A stretch of DNA of 64,000 nt from the human T2T-CHM13v2.0 reference genome, Homo sapiens: assembly GCF_009914755.1 (NCBI RefSeq), contig NC_060932.1. One strand, written 5' to 3'. This document shows positions 27,801 to 44,694 of the stretch, piece by piece (position 1 is the stretch's first letter; every line of letters starts with the position of its first letter). The notes below the pieces were generated by a model that did not search any database, had not been told where the DNA came from, and saw only the letters and a program-made list of their open reading frames with translations. A program made the translations under genes and the position numbers.

Positions 27801-29432
27801 ATTGTATTACAATCCTTTGCGTAAAATAACACTGATCATGTTTATGTCGAGCAAGGTAAGGTTTAATAAAGTCGTGACCCACTTAACACTAGAAACGGGA
27901 ATGGTAAATTCTGACAGGAAGGCCAGGATCTTCACTCAAGAATGTTCTTCCTCCTGTAGCCCGTCTCACCCAGCTATCAGAACACGCATCCCAGTCTAGG
28001 GTCAGCTTCTGCAAACACGCATCCCAGTCTCGGGACCGCTTCTGCGCCTGTCTTCAGAATTACACCCGGTGAAAGTGGACGTCTCTGTCCGTTCCCCTGG
28101 ATCCACGGCGGCGGCCGAGAGCTCCAGGGTTTTCTCGCGCTCTGTCTTCTGTGCGGCACCCGGCTCTGGGGTCAGAGAGATCCCGGCAAGAGCCCTAGCC
28201 CTGACCCCAACCAGGGCGCGCTCCTGAGCAAGTCACCCCCCTCCTCTGATCCCCCAGCTCTCTCCTGGGGCTGGAAACATCCTTGGGGTTATTGTGTGGA
28301 GTACACGTGATAACGCTGGAACCTCAGCCTAGTGCCTGGCGCAGGGTACGCACCAAATAAGTCTTCGCTGTTACCATCAGTACCTCTCTTAGCCACAAAT
28401 CTGAGCCAGTCCTCGTTGACACAGGCTTAACCTTAGGATAGTCACAAAGGGCAACTCAAATGTTAACGTGCAGCTCCTCTCTCTTGCCTCACAGGGGACA
28501 GGGTCAGAAATATTTCATGCTTTGCACCTTTTCCTTGTAGTGATCAGTAATATTTTTAAGAAGGGAGAGATTTTATAACTTAGCTATGACACTTCAGAGA
28601 GGGCTCAAAAGTCCTTTTGATACAATAGGTAATACTTTTCTGGAAAGAGGAATGACTGAGTGCCTGGAATCATATCAATGGCTTAACTAACCTTTGGTTT
28701 CACAGTTTTCCTACTTGGTTTGGTTTTGTTTTTTTTTTTTTAGAGAACGTACTGTACTAGAATTCCCTTGTGGGATAACTTCACATAGCTGATGATCATT
28801 GCAAGGCTTGTTGGGTTTGTGGGGACTTTTTGGCAAATACAGCCACAATCAGAATTCTCTGTGGAATACATGATTTCTGTTCTGATCTGACGTCACCCTG
28901 CTGGCCATCCTCTTAGCAGACGTGAGACAGCTCTATGGAGATGAAGGTGGAGAGTTTGCCTCTGTTTCTGATCAGTGCTGAAATTCCTTTCTGTGTCTTT
29001 CTGTACGTGGATGCAGCCATCAGTATAAGTCTTTTAAATCGCTTATTTGTTGTCATTAGCTGTGTTTGGTTCATGCTGTACTTTCTTCACCATAGGGCGT
29101 GATAAGAGCTTTTAAGTCCTGTTATAATGCAGTTCAACAACACCTATTTTTTGCCTGAGCTGAACTAAGCAGTTTTATTTGCATACATTTAGAAGACCAA
29201 ACTGCAGCCTTGAGTTCAGGTAGTTATGTAAAATGTGATGAGACGCAGGAGTGATGTAATTACTCCAGTGTGAATGCATTTCCCTCTCTGCGGTTTTACT
29301 GGGTCAAGTGCACCGCTGCATTAATTAAACAAATGCGTAATTAATTACAGCAAATCCACAACAACAACAAAATAGTCCCTTGCCCAGGCCCCATGTTTCA
29401 GTTCTAAAATAAGACGTTCTCTGTTGAATTAG

Positions 29433-29518
29433 GTGGAAACGGCCACAGATTCTGACACGGAGAGCCGCGGTCTGCGGGAATACCACTCTGTCGGGGTGCA
29501 AGTGGAAGATGAGAAGCG
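29433..29518 (+). CDS. DLGAP2: DLGAP2 coding exon (86 nt, phase 0 to 2): VETATDSDTESRGLREYHSVGVQVEDEK(R)
   Basis: gaattag|GTGGAA...AAGCG|gtaact; frame joins the flanking exons; SVGVQVE is a GKAP-family motif. Confidence 0.94.
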
Positions 29519-31113
29519 GTAACTCAGCCCCTCCTGACACGCGGTGACCCCCGAGCGAGGGCTCTTTGTCAAAGGCCTGATGGAAGCTCCTAGATCCTGC
29601 CGGCCCTCAATCATGCCTGTCCTTGTGGAAACAGGGCCATACGTTTATACTTTTCCATTGATAACCCTCAAGTATGAATTAACACCCGCCTATGTCTTGT
29701 TTTTGCAAGAGGCAAGGGAGTAATTCTTTCCAAAGTAATTTATCACCTCTGAAAGCAGAGCAGCTGACGGCCTGAAAGTCAGAGTCCTTGATCCAAAGGA
29801 AAGAAGGACGGGCTGAGGGTGACGCCAATGCAGGCCTTACGCCTTGTCATGTTACACGTAAAACGATAGAAAGACAGCAAAGCACGTTCAAGGCCTTCAT
29901 ACACCGTGAAATTGTTTCACTTCAAAAATATTACCTAGAAACAAAAAATACAAAGTGATATCCATTAGTGTTATTTTTGTAACAAGGCAGGACGATCATT
30001 TTAGTTTATATTTAAAATAGCATGTATTGTCTATTTCATAAAAACAAATTTTGATGAGAATATTACATGGTGAGGGCTCAGCCAATGTGTGACAGGGACA
30101 GTGTTGGGTGGCCTCCCTCATCAGGGAGCGTTTTAGCACCCACCCTATGGAGATTTTGATTGCAAAGAAATTCCGACCCCAGCTTATGGCTTCCCCAGTT
30201 TCCAAGAGACCTCCTAGAACCTGGCCATCTTCTGCACCTGGGAGCCGGGCAGGCTGCCTTCCATCCTGCTCTGTGGCTCAGTGTCCCTCCCTGTGCCCCC
30301 AGCAAAGGGAACACGTGGCAACGTCACTAACCAGCTGCATGCACAGCTGTGTGCTTCTATGGGTTCAGCCTGCAGAGCCACAGGGATGGCTGCAGTAGCT
30401 GGGACTATGTAGACACAGAGAGACACACACACACCACACAGGCACACGATACAGAGCATACCCACGTGCACACACACGCTCACAGTGTTCTCACCCAGCA
30501 TACTGGTCTCCAACTGTAAGCCCCCTCCTATCAACTATTTTGGTGATCAGCTATGTGGAAAAGATGACATTAAAATATAGACAGTGAAAATGATTTTCCA
30601 ACACCTGCCAAAGTCAGAATTTGGAGTCATTATTTTGCATACAGGGGTTAATGGGGACATATTAAATTATCCAGACAGAAGTGGCTCAGGCCCTGAAACA
30701 CAATTTGGAAGCCACTACAACTCAGTATGATGTTACTATTGTTTACATAAAAGAAGCAACCCATGGCTTTGGCTGCATAAGCTCGTAGCATATTTCTGAA
30801 AGGGAGGTAGCCATTTGCTAATGGTGGTTTCAAGAAACACGTTAACTCTCATTGTATCATTCAATAAACTTAAATCCCAAGTGGGTGTTATTTAGGCCTG
30901 AGACTTAGGCAGATGTTAAAGTATAATGATTTGCAAAACCAAATGTTCTTCCATAGACAAAACACCAGCATATTTCACAAACAAAACACTACCTGCCCTT
31001 GAGCCGCCAGGCTGTTGAGCTCAGGTGCGCTCCTGACAGGCGACATGTAGGACTTTGTTGCATGAAGTCCTCTCAGAAGGGCTACCATCTGTCTTCCTTC
31101 CCTCCTTTTGCAG

Positions 31114-31529
31114 ACACGGACGTTTTAAACGTTCTAACAGCGTCACGGCCGCCGTCCAAGCTGACCTGGAGCTGGAGGGGTTCCCAGGCCACATCACCAC
31201 GGAGGACAAAGGCCTTCAGTTCGGCTCATCCTTCCAGCGGCACTCCGAGCCCAGCACCCCCACCCAGTACAGCGCGGTGAGAACTGTACGGACCCAGGGG
31301 CTCTTCAGCTATAGAGAAGACTATCGGACCCAAGTGGACACCTCCACCCTGCCCCCTCCAGACCCCTGGCTGGAGCCCGCCATCGACACGGTAGAGACTG
31401 GGAGGATGTCTCCGTGCCGCAGGGATGGCTCGTGGTTTTTGAAGCTGCTGCACGCAGAGACAAAGAGGATGGAAGGCTGGTGCAAAGAGATGGAGAGAGA
31501 GGCGGAGGAGAACGACCTCTCGGAGGAAA
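31114..31529 (+). CDS. DLGAP2: DLGAP2 coding exon (416 nt, phase 2 to 1): HGRFKRSNSVTAAVQAD...CRRDGSWFLKLL...ENDLSEE, start of the GH1 domain
   Basis: ccttttgcag|A...GAAA|gtaaga; RDGxWFLKLL and MEGWC are GKAP-homology hallmarks. Confidence 0.97.
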
Positions 31530-31986
31530 GTAAGAGCTCAGGCTTCCCTAGGGCCTCTTAAATATCATTTCTCAGTAATGCAAATATGCACATCACAGCA
31601 TTAGTGGAGAAAAGTTCCTCCCTTTGGTATTCAAGTGAAGGGAAATAAATGTGCTTTCTAGTATATCCCCCTCAATTCTAAGAAAAGATATAAATTACAT
31701 GAAAAGAGAAGCAGTCACTACGATATCGAAGGAAAATTGTGTGTGTTTTGTCAGGTAAGTTGAATAGAAAATCAACTGTGCTAACAGTTTTCTTGGGAGC
31801 ATAGTTGATCTCATATTCCACTTAGCAGTTCTCTTGAATTTTGGCAAAAACTTAATTTGCAGCATTTATGTTATTTTCTAGAATTGTTACCAGCTCATGC
31901 TTTACAAGAAAATGCCTTGGCATTATGCCAAAGAGAAGTCGATGGTAAGTAAAAGATTAAGTTAGTTAACTGTGTGATGATGTGCT

Positions 31987-32472
31987 CAAAGGTCTCACTC
32001 CTGGGTGGAATGGGAAGGCCGTGTCATTCCTCTACCAGAGTCACCACCAAAGGTCTCACTCCTGGGTGGAATGGGAAGGCCGTGTCATTCCTCTACGGGA
32101 GTCACCACCAAAGGTCTCACTCCTGGGTGGAATGGGAAGGCCGTGTCATTCCTCTACCGGAGTCACCACCAAAGGTCTCACTCCTGGGTGGAATGGGAAG
32201 GCCGTGTCATTCCTCTACGGGAGTCACCACCAAAGGTCTCACTCCTGGGTGGAATGGGAAGGCCGTGTCATTCCTCTACGGGAGTCACCACCAAAGGTCT
32301 CACTCCTGGGTGGAATGGGAAGGCCGTGTCATTCCTCTACGGGAGTCACCACCAAAGGTCTCACTCCTGGGTGGAATGAGAAGGCCGTGTCATTCCTCTA
32401 CCAGAGTCACCACCAAAGGTCTCACTCCTGGGTGGAATGGGAGGGCCGTGTCATTCTTCTACCAGTGTCACC
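31987..32472. repeat. 61-bp minisatellite, 8 copies
   Basis: caaaggtctcactcctgggtggaatg recurs every 61 nt from 31987 to 32414. Confidence 0.97.
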
Positions 32473-32599
32473 AGGGCAGATCTGTCCCAGTCCCGTTGGT
32501 ACTCACCTATGCCTCTGCTTCTCCACATGGAAGGGGACAGCCCCTTATTCTCCGCCTTTCTCCCATCTGCCTAGAGAAACCTACCATCAAGACCGTTCA

Positions 32600-32923
<324 letters not shown>

Positions 32924-34201
32924 TTATAAATTGCTGTATTTGATTGACTTCTAAGCTAATACCACCTGTCTTTGTTTATAGACCAATTACATAATTGCAC
33001 AATACCTACAACTAATGCTTATGTTTAACACAGTACAATTTCACAAAGCTATTTCTGAATGTCTTGACAAATTACGGTCTAAGTATTTTTCTTTTTCTGT
33101 GAATTTATTTGTACATTGACAAGATCATTATAAATGCTGAACTTCAAAAGGATAGCTGAGATCCTTGGGAATTTGTCCCTGACATTTCATTTCTAGATGG
33201 CTGTTTTAATAGGGCATTCACTAATCCTAGAAATAGAAGTGCAACAATGAAACTACATTGACTATGACTTACAGAGAATAACGGCCTTGGAGCCTCGGCA
33301 GTCTGAGAAAATCAATGGCGTGCTGATTTTTTATTGTTAAAACTTAAGGTCTGAACCTATGAAGAAAGAAAGACATTGCCTTTAATTGACTAAGCCTGTT
33401 CTTCCACATTTGTCTCTTAATCATCAAATCCCACCTATTCTTTACAGGAGGTGACGATGGACGCCGAATGTTGGGGAGATGCTGCCTTCCACGTGACCCA
33501 CAGTCCCCGCAGCACGGCTGCATGGGGCTGGTGCAAGTCAGCACAGCCGTGTTCCGATCGTTCACACGGCGTTTGCATTTCTCATGGTTAGGGTACATTT
33601 AACAGAGTAACTTCACAATTTTGATATCTAAAAATCACTCATTTTCTGCAGCATCTTCCACCCTTGTTAGTATATGCCTCAACTTGGCCAAATTGTCTTA
33701 ATTATAAAAGGGATTTATAATCTTTAGCACAAAGATAAAACACAGAAAAACTGCATTGCCTAAGTTGACGCCAAATTAAATTGCCAGCTCTGGTTTTGTG
33801 CATGCTGACAGGGGCAGCGTAGGGCTGGGGTGCCTTCCTTCCAGGATGAGAGCAGGTGATGAGACCTGCATGTCACTCAATCAAGCTGTGTTTTCTACAC
33901 CATGTGTTTCCTCAAAAGAACACCTTTGAGGAGGAGGAGAGAGGAAAAAATTTAGGAGAGAGGAAAAAATTTACAAAGAGGTCATGTTTGTTTGTCAGGG
34001 CTTAGCCCATAAAATGCCTATAAAATTGTATCCTATTATCATTTGAGTTTATCCCATTCGGGACACATTCAGAAAGTTGTAGTCTTCTTTGGAAGGTGTA
34101 AGACATTGAGACATTAGCCATTACTGTGTTGATAACACAGAGACTACTTCTCCTGTCATCATTTTCCATGTTTAGTGCATACTTTCAATTTCATTTTTTC
34201 A

Positions 34202-34562
<361 letters not shown>

Positions 34563-34624
34563 AATATCTAGACCAGTTCTCCCTGAACACATATGATATG
34601 TCAGGCCCTGTGCCGAATGCACTG

Positions 34625-34740
34625 CAGACCTCATTAATGCTCATCCCAATGGACTAGGTGAGTAGTATTGTAAGCATTCTACAGATAAACTGGGGCTCTG
34701 AGAGATTAAGATCTTGCCCCAAATCACAGAATAGTAGCGG
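34625..34740 (-). mobile_element. MIR relic
   Basis: cattctacagataaactggggctctgagagattaagatcttgccccaaatcacag. Confidence 0.6.
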
Positions 34741-34744
34741 TGAC

Positions 34745-34905
34745 CCGGGACTGGGAGTCACGGCCCTCTGACGTTGAAGGCTCTGCCTTCCCAGCAGTGA
34801 TCTGGGACTGGGAGTCACGGCCCTCTGACGTTGAACGCTCTGCCTTCCCAGCAGTGATCTGGGACTGGGAGTCACGGCCCTCTGACATTGAAGGCTCTGC
34901 CTTTC
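34745..34905. repeat. 57-bp tandem repeat, ~3 copies
   Basis: gggactgggagtcacggccctctgac at 34747, 34804, 34861. Confidence 0.93.
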
Positions 34906-35333
34906 CACCCACGGTCCAAAGGCATCAAGTCAAGAAGTTCCCTTATGGGAAGCACCCCCTCCACTGCCTGCTTCCATGCTGGATGTGCATCCCATCCTTT
35001 CACCTGCTGTTTCAGACAAGGGTGTGTCCCATCCCTGACCCTTCACCTCATTCTGGTCCTCCACGACTGTGACCCACGTGTGGTCCACAGAGTCCCTCAG
35101 CTGCGAAGACAGAGGCCAAGGTTCTCCCGCGTTAGCCATTGGAAAATAAGTGGCAGGAGCTGTAAGGAGGCAAATTATTTCTCAAACCAAGAATGAAAGT
35201 CCTTACAAAGGGCTTTAGTGCTGAGGCCCTGTCATGGTAAGTCCTGGTTTTCTGTCACTGGAGGCATTCCAGAATATTCTATAAATTATGCCATAAAAAT
35301 ACTACATACAAAATTGAATTTGATGACGTATAG

Positions 35334-35673
<340 letters not shown>

Positions 35674-36734
35674 AGGATATCTAGTATTTCAGTGTCACTT
35701 ACCTTATTATTAGGCATCTGAAAAACTATTTTTCTTCAGTAAGGTAGGGTGGAAAATTAATTTTTGCTGACTCCAAATTATATTCCCCTAAACATATGTT
35801 TGGTTTCGTGGTGGGATTTTTGTTTTGTTTTGTCTTGTTTTTTACCTTTTTTGAGCCATCAGGATCCTCCTCTGGACTCTCTCAGTGATGTCTACATTCC
35901 ATAGATATTTATTGATTACTTACGACGAAGCAAGCCACTCTCCGATAGACAAAAATGATGCAACAATGAGTAAGACATGGTAAAGGACCTAACTGATTAC
36001 CTAACAGTGGGAGAAGACCAGGTACAGGAAGTGGAAACTGTTGAGTGTCATAAGAGAAGTACAGATAAAGTACTTAAAAACTCAGAGGTCTCAGCAATGC
36101 TTTCACCTGGGAAGATTCTCAGAAGGCTTCCTGGAGAAGGTGGCACTGTGCTGGGCCTTGACACGCGGTTGGATTTGGTCAAGGTGGTGGATGGTGGTGA
36201 CTGAAAAGGAGATTCAAGAGTCCACGCAGAGGCAGAGAACTGGGGAACAGAGGCCCCTTTGTCTCCTTCCTCTGGAGGAAGATCTTCATGTCAGCACTGC
36301 CCTTCATCCTGCCTGTGGGGAGGGTCTGTGCTACCTGACCTCACAGAGCCTTCTGTGGCCGGGGCATTCCCCATACCCTGGGGGATGATGGAACTTGCCT
36401 AAAGCTCCGCACCTCTGCTGTCATTTGAGATTTTAGGCTCCTTCAATGAAGTGGCCACATTTGACATTTATCATCCACAGACAGTGCCTCACACATCGCC
36501 TGGCACAGAGTGCCAGACAATAGGAATGGGGAGGAAGAGAGGGAAGCAGGAGGATGGGCTGTCTTAGCGAACAGGATGCCACACTCCTGCTCACACCTTT
36601 ATAAAAGCAGAACATCTAGACTCCCAGAGAATCACCTCGCCATCCTCAGTTATGGAGGCTGGGAGTAGCTTCAACACTTCCCATTCTATAGACATCCACT
36701 GAAATGATCCTGATTTTCCTTGTCTTTGCTCCAC

Positions 36735-36802
<68 letters not shown>

Positions 36803-36846
36803 CACATATATGTGTATATATATATGTGTGTATATATGTGTATATA

Positions 36847-36888
<42 letters not shown>
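36735..36888. repeat. Compound (TA)n(TG)n(TA)n microsatellite at an Alu tail
   Basis: Directly visible. Confidence 0.97.
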
Positions 36889-36889
<1 letters not shown>

Positions 36890-37053
36890 TTTTTTTTTTA
36901 AGACGAAGTCTCACTCTGACACCAAGGCTGGAGCGCAGTGGCGCGATCTCAGCTCACTGCAACCTCTGCCTCCCAAGTTCAAGCAATGCTCCTGCTTCAG
37001 CCTCCTGAGTAGCTGGGATTACAGCTGAATGCCCCTACACCCGGCTAATTTTT
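36889..37053 (-). mobile_element. Alu right-arm fragment
   Basis: agacgaagtctcactctg...cccggctaattttt. Confidence 0.87.
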
Positions 37054-38519
37054 AATCAGAAAATGTAACTGCATTGCTATAAACTTTGAACACAAGGAAC
37101 AGAGAATGGATGAACTTGATACTTTTTGTGATTTTCTTAATTTCTTAAATTGCCCAGATACCTTCATCTTTTTGTGGACAGATGTCAAAACACTTGTTAT
37201 GCCCCTCATCTGTGTGTTTTGTCCATAAAACTAGCACAATATTCATCAAGTTCAGATATTTCCCTAAATGTTTAAAAGGTAAGATGATAACCTTAATTTC
37301 CAGTCCTAATTTTAGGAGCAGATACAGGGTTATTGGTTATGGTACTTTTTAAAATAAAGATTAAATTAAATGTCTTATGAGACTAAAACTCTGATCTCTG
37401 AATATTGAAATTTCCATTATATGAAGTAATTTTTGCCCAAAATATAATTTCATAACACAGTTCCCCGAACTGATTGAATGAATCTAGATTCAGTCAGTCT
37501 TCTATGGTTAATAAAATCTATAGTGAACCCAAAGAAATGCTGGTCTGCATAAAGTCACATTAATGCAGGCTGCCTATTGTTAATAAAAGTACTTTCAAGA
37601 TATTAAATCATTAGTAATGTTTTAAGATTTTTGTATTATGTCAAACCAAATGGGTAAATACATAAAGGAAAAATCAAAAATGTGCATATTTTCTAAAACA
37701 AAAGAAATCCTTCCCAAGCTAAGACTTTATTGAATAATTCCATTGAGATGCAACTCTCATCAAGAACTCACCAAGGGAGCACATGTACACACAGGATCTT
37801 TCAAACGGTATCGGAAACTTCCTTGCCCCAAATGACTCCTCCCGAAGTAACGAATAACCTACATGTTCACCGGGTCAGATGCACATTCAAGGCAAACACT
37901 AATGCTGGGAGGAACATAGGGATTTGCTCACTAAGTTCTCCTTTTACAGCCAGAATGACCACAAGTCCTATTAACACAAGAGCCGGGGTCAGATGTGTGA
38001 CTTTGTATCTCCTGGGCCATCTTCCATGCTGAGACAAAATGGTCTGGATGGGGAGAAGCACCCCGGCAGTTGGCACTCACACAGCGGTCAGCAGCTGACA
38101 AAGAGCCCAGAGAGACTCTGAGAATGAGCAGAACACATGCTCCATGCAGGGCACGAGGATGACATGGCCACAGAGAACTGTGCCTGTGTCCATGGTTGGC
38201 CCAGGTGGTATCAGACCAACAGAGAAGATTGAGGAATCAGAAATACTGATGACGTTCTGAGCACAGCAGATGCCTGTGCACATATTGGCAGCTACCAGCC
38301 TTAGGGGTCAATGTATCACACAGCTTAATGGAACGTCCACTGCTTCCAGACCTCCTGGGAGATGCAGGTCATAGACTGTGTCCATTTTGTGGATCAGACT
38401 AAGAGAATCAACCCACTGACCAGGCCTCTGCTAAGCACCTATGAAGATGTTGCCATACAACCCAACTAAATGGTCATGGGGAAATCAGACAATAAAAAGA
38501 CATGGATGCTTGTCAGCAC

Positions 38520-39915
<1,396 letters not shown>

Positions 39916-42900
39916 AACACACAGAAACGTGCTCAAAAACATGAAAATCATGAGGCTCGAGATCTTGAAAGGAGATTTCTGGGAGCCATAGCTTAGGCAG
40001 ACCCCACTACAAAATTAGTTACAAGGGAATCTCAGGGGATCACAGGGGTTACAAATACTCAAATGATCATTTCCGACTCTCTGCAAATTTTATAAAAATC
40101 CATCTCAAATATTAGAACACCAGAATAGTGTGAATTATGTTACTTCATACCAAATTTAGATAGAATTGGAATTATAGAAAAAATAAAAGAGCCAAGTGTG
40201 TTAATCAAATTTCTTTGTACATGGAAGGCAAGGGTTCTAGCAGGTTCTTTGTGAATTTGCATTCTGATGAGAATTAGTCCTTAGTATAGCTCCTGCAAGT
40301 GTCTAAACTATGGCAAAATTAGAGACATATACTGGGAGAGAATAAATTGAATTTTCACTTCAACTTCTTTGCAATTATAGGAAGCTACTTACATTATAGG
40401 CATCAGATAGGATCATTCTCACTCACTGAACAGCAAAATTCTCCTACCATTAGCAGGCATGTCATTAGCTACACTTTTTGACATTCATTATCTCTCCCTA
40501 GCAATATTCAATTTATTCCCTTTATAATAACTCTCCACTACATTAAATCGATACCAAGATTTTGCCCATGTGTTCATGTTGTGTTAAAGAGTATAAATTG
40601 AAGTACTTTGTATTAACAGTTCAGTTGAATTCCATTTTAAGGGGAATGTGAAAATTGGGAATTAAACTTCAAATTTTAAGAAACTGATTGACTTTTAAAT
40701 TACAGTTTGAGGAAGCATAGAGTTGGCAAAATAAATTCATTTATTCATCCACTTCTATATATTTCTGCAGCAACGACTTACTTAAAATAGTCCCTTTAAA
40801 TATCTTCATTAATTACCCAGGTTTTAGAATACAAAAGAAATAGAAATTCAACATTTCAAAAGCAAAGATGATTCCTCCCCTCGTCATCAGCGAGTCCAGG
40901 GCTGCAGAACACGTTCATTTTGGGGGCAGTGGAATGCACAGGAAGGATGAGGAGCTTTCACTGTCACCCCTGTCAAGAAACCACTCAAACCCCACCGCCT
41001 CCAGCTGCTTCTCGACCGACTGCAGCGGCCCCTCCACTCCCCTCACCCCCAGACTCACCCCAACTCAGAGCCCTGCCAGCTCCATCCCGTGCCATGTGGC
41101 CAGGGGCTCCTGGCTTCCTTCTCCAGTCCTCCCCTCCCTTCTCTGTTCCCAGGCTGGCTGGTAAATCAGATCCAAGGAAGAGCAGCCTGTCTTGAAGTGG
41201 ATTTGTGAACGGCACAAGGCCCCGGTGTTAAGATGCCCGACAGACAACCTTCCATCCTTCTTTTCAAGACAGAAACAATGCCAAAGTGTTATCCGAGTTA
41301 CTTGCTTTTATTAAAAGTTATGCTTTTTTCATCTTTTTCATACCCTAGAAGCAATGGAGAATTAGGTGATATTCAGGAACTATTGTCACCTTCGTGGGGG
41401 TGACAGTGGCCCTGGGTCTACAAGGTGGTCGCAGGTAAAGGCCTCAGGAAGAGAGAACACAGGACAACACTTACTGCCGTCTCCACGGAATGGGGAGGGA
41501 GCTGTGGGTTATACTCTTCTTTCCCATTTTCTGCATGTGTGAAAGGTTTCATAATAAAACTTTGGGGAGCAAAACAATCTTCATTTTAGAAAAATAAGAC
41601 AAGACAGAAAAATAGGTTTTTAAGTCCATTATCCTACCCAGGAGAAAATCACTTTGAAGAACACATGGTACAGATTGCCAGACCTTCATGTTCTAAAAAA
41701 TGAGGGAGGCACCGCACACACTGCTGTGTAGTTGACTTCTGGGTCACGGCGTGCCATAAGCCCTTTCAAATCAAGGTTATCTCTGCAACGTCATTTTCAA
41801 CTGGCTCATAGCATTTTATTACATGAACATTAAGACCCTTTGTGCCCATGAAATGCGGTTCTTTTTCCCGAAAGTCGGGCTAAGGAGGAGACACTGCAGC
41901 ACCCTGGCTTGGGCAGCAGGATGCCAGTTTCTGGATCGTGTGCAATGAATCTCACCAGTAACTGTCTCTAGGACTGACTGTTAAGGAATGTTTGGGGGAA
42001 GAGCTGTTGTGGAAGAACCTACACGAGGATTGGGTTCACTTCCCTGGACCTCGGTTTCGACTTCTGGAAAGGCTGTCTAGGCTTCCACAGTCAGGTGTGC
42101 CCTGGGAGCCAGCAAGGGCATCTCCTAAACGTAGAAAGAAACGGACTTTCTGGCCCCACCCGGACCCCGTGAGTCAGGCCATGCCCGGCACAAGATCCCC
42201 AGGTGAGGCACAGGTGGGTCTGCAAGGCCCCTTGAGCTCCAAGCACCTGCATGTGTCTAGGCAAAACCTCCAGCACATCGGTATTCCCTTGTGAAGTACG
42301 TAAAGCCACAGATTAAGTGGGGATGGATCTCTCGCCTCTGCGTTCAAGGGGGCAAATCTCCAGGATAAATGCCCCCTTTTCCTACACCATTTTCCACCAG
42401 CCTTGGAGAGTCAGCTTCCCATGGCTTCCTTCCAACGGAAGCAGGAGAAAGGGCTGGGCTAGTTAAACCGCAGCACTTTCAGTTTTAGGGTGTGTCGTGT
42501 AGGTTAGTGATTTGTGCTCTGCAGAGACTCTCCAGGGAGAGCAAAAAGAGCAGGTGGAATCATCAGCTTGGCCAGAAGACGCAGATGACGCCCCGTGAGC
42601 CAGCTCAGGAAAGACGGCCCCACCTTGAAGGGCCCACGCTGAAAGCCAGTGATGGGGAGACGTGGTGTGAACTGAGAGGTGATGAGATGCGTAGATCATC
42701 TGCCCCCTGCCTGGTGGGCAGCCCTGGCCCCACGTGCTGACCCAGGCACAGAAAAGCCACATACGTGTACTGGGCACGCTCTATGGAAGAACGGTGAATT
42801 GTTGCTCTGGCAAATAATACCCAGCAGAGATCAGTGGGCCCAGGGTGCACTGGTAAGAAATGGGTTCCAGTCGATTCCTGTGTGGTTTTGAGGATCATGG

Positions 42901-42974
42901 TGAGCTAGGATCTACCAAAGCAGCTGTTTACAAAGTGGTGACCATGCTGACAGCAGACTCAAGAGAGGGTGTGG

Positions 42975-43308
<334 letters not shown>

Positions 43309-43322
43309 TTAAAAAACTTTAC

Positions 43323-43660
<338 letters not shown>

Positions 43661-44440
43661 TCATTGCAATTAGGAACCATTTGTAGATTAATTCTTCCTA
43701 CTGAACTGTGGCCTGCTGACTCATAGCACACTCAGAAATGTAGCGTTAGCATTACACATATACTGGGTACATGGATTGGTGAGTTTAGTAGCTGTGAGCA
43801 TATTCAGTAACTTGTGACCCTTTTACCATCTCCAGGAGGGAAGCCACATCTTCCTACGTGCTACGACCTTCCTGTGAGGCCTCTGTCCACGCAGCCTCTT
43901 CCTACGTAACACACACCTCACAGCACTGCCAGGAGATAACTGCCCACAGTTCATTAGAAATTATTTAATTGAATCCAATGAGAGAACCCATATGGATGTG
44001 TTTTTTCTAAAAATGAAGGAATTCACATCTAAAAGAGTTCACTAACATGTTAGAGTCCATAAAAATAGGAAGAACTCGATGTTGCTTTCACTCACACGTG
44101 TTCTTGTGTCTTCCAGCTCATCCAAACAGCAGCACTGAAATAATCTCGATGCCAAAATAAGGAAAACTCCCTGAGGTATAGGCCGCCTTTCTAAACTAAG
44201 TTTCTCCCAGTACCCAAGGAGAATGTCCTCACAGTGACATCTGGTCATCTCTGGATTTCCTTCATGAGTTGGGGACGAGCACACTAAGGCACGAGTCACC
44301 AGCGAACACGCTCGGCACGATGAAGTCGTCAGTTTTCATCTCCAGTGGGACTCGCTCCCTTGGTGTGATGTTTCTGCTTTTGTGTAATTGACCCAGTTTT
44401 GAAGTTGTTGTTTTTTTGTTTTTGTTTTTGTTTTAAACAG

Positions 44441-44532
44441 TTCTCGGTAAAATCAGGAGTGCTGTTGGGAGTGCCCAGCTTCTCATGTCCCAGAAATTCC
44501 AGCAGTTTTATTGGCTTTGCCAACAGAATATG
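44441..44532 (+). CDS. DLGAP2: DLGAP2 coding exon (92 nt, phase 1 to 0): (I)LGKIRSAVGSAQLLMSQKFQQFYWLCQQNM, GH1 domain
   Basis: ttttgttttaaacag|TT...AATATG|gtaagt; too short for the ORF track; GKIRSAVGSAQLLM is a GH1 hallmark. Confidence 0.96.
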
Positions 44533-44694
44533 GTAAGTGAATCCTCAGTGAACCCCTGTTCCCTGTAACCAAGCTAATGGGCATCATTCCACAGATTCTC
44601 ATTGTTTTCTTCCTTGTCAAAGAGTTCCCATCGGTATGCGGAATATCACGTGCACTTACTACAGAAGAGGCTTCCCGCCCTGGGGAAAGAGACG

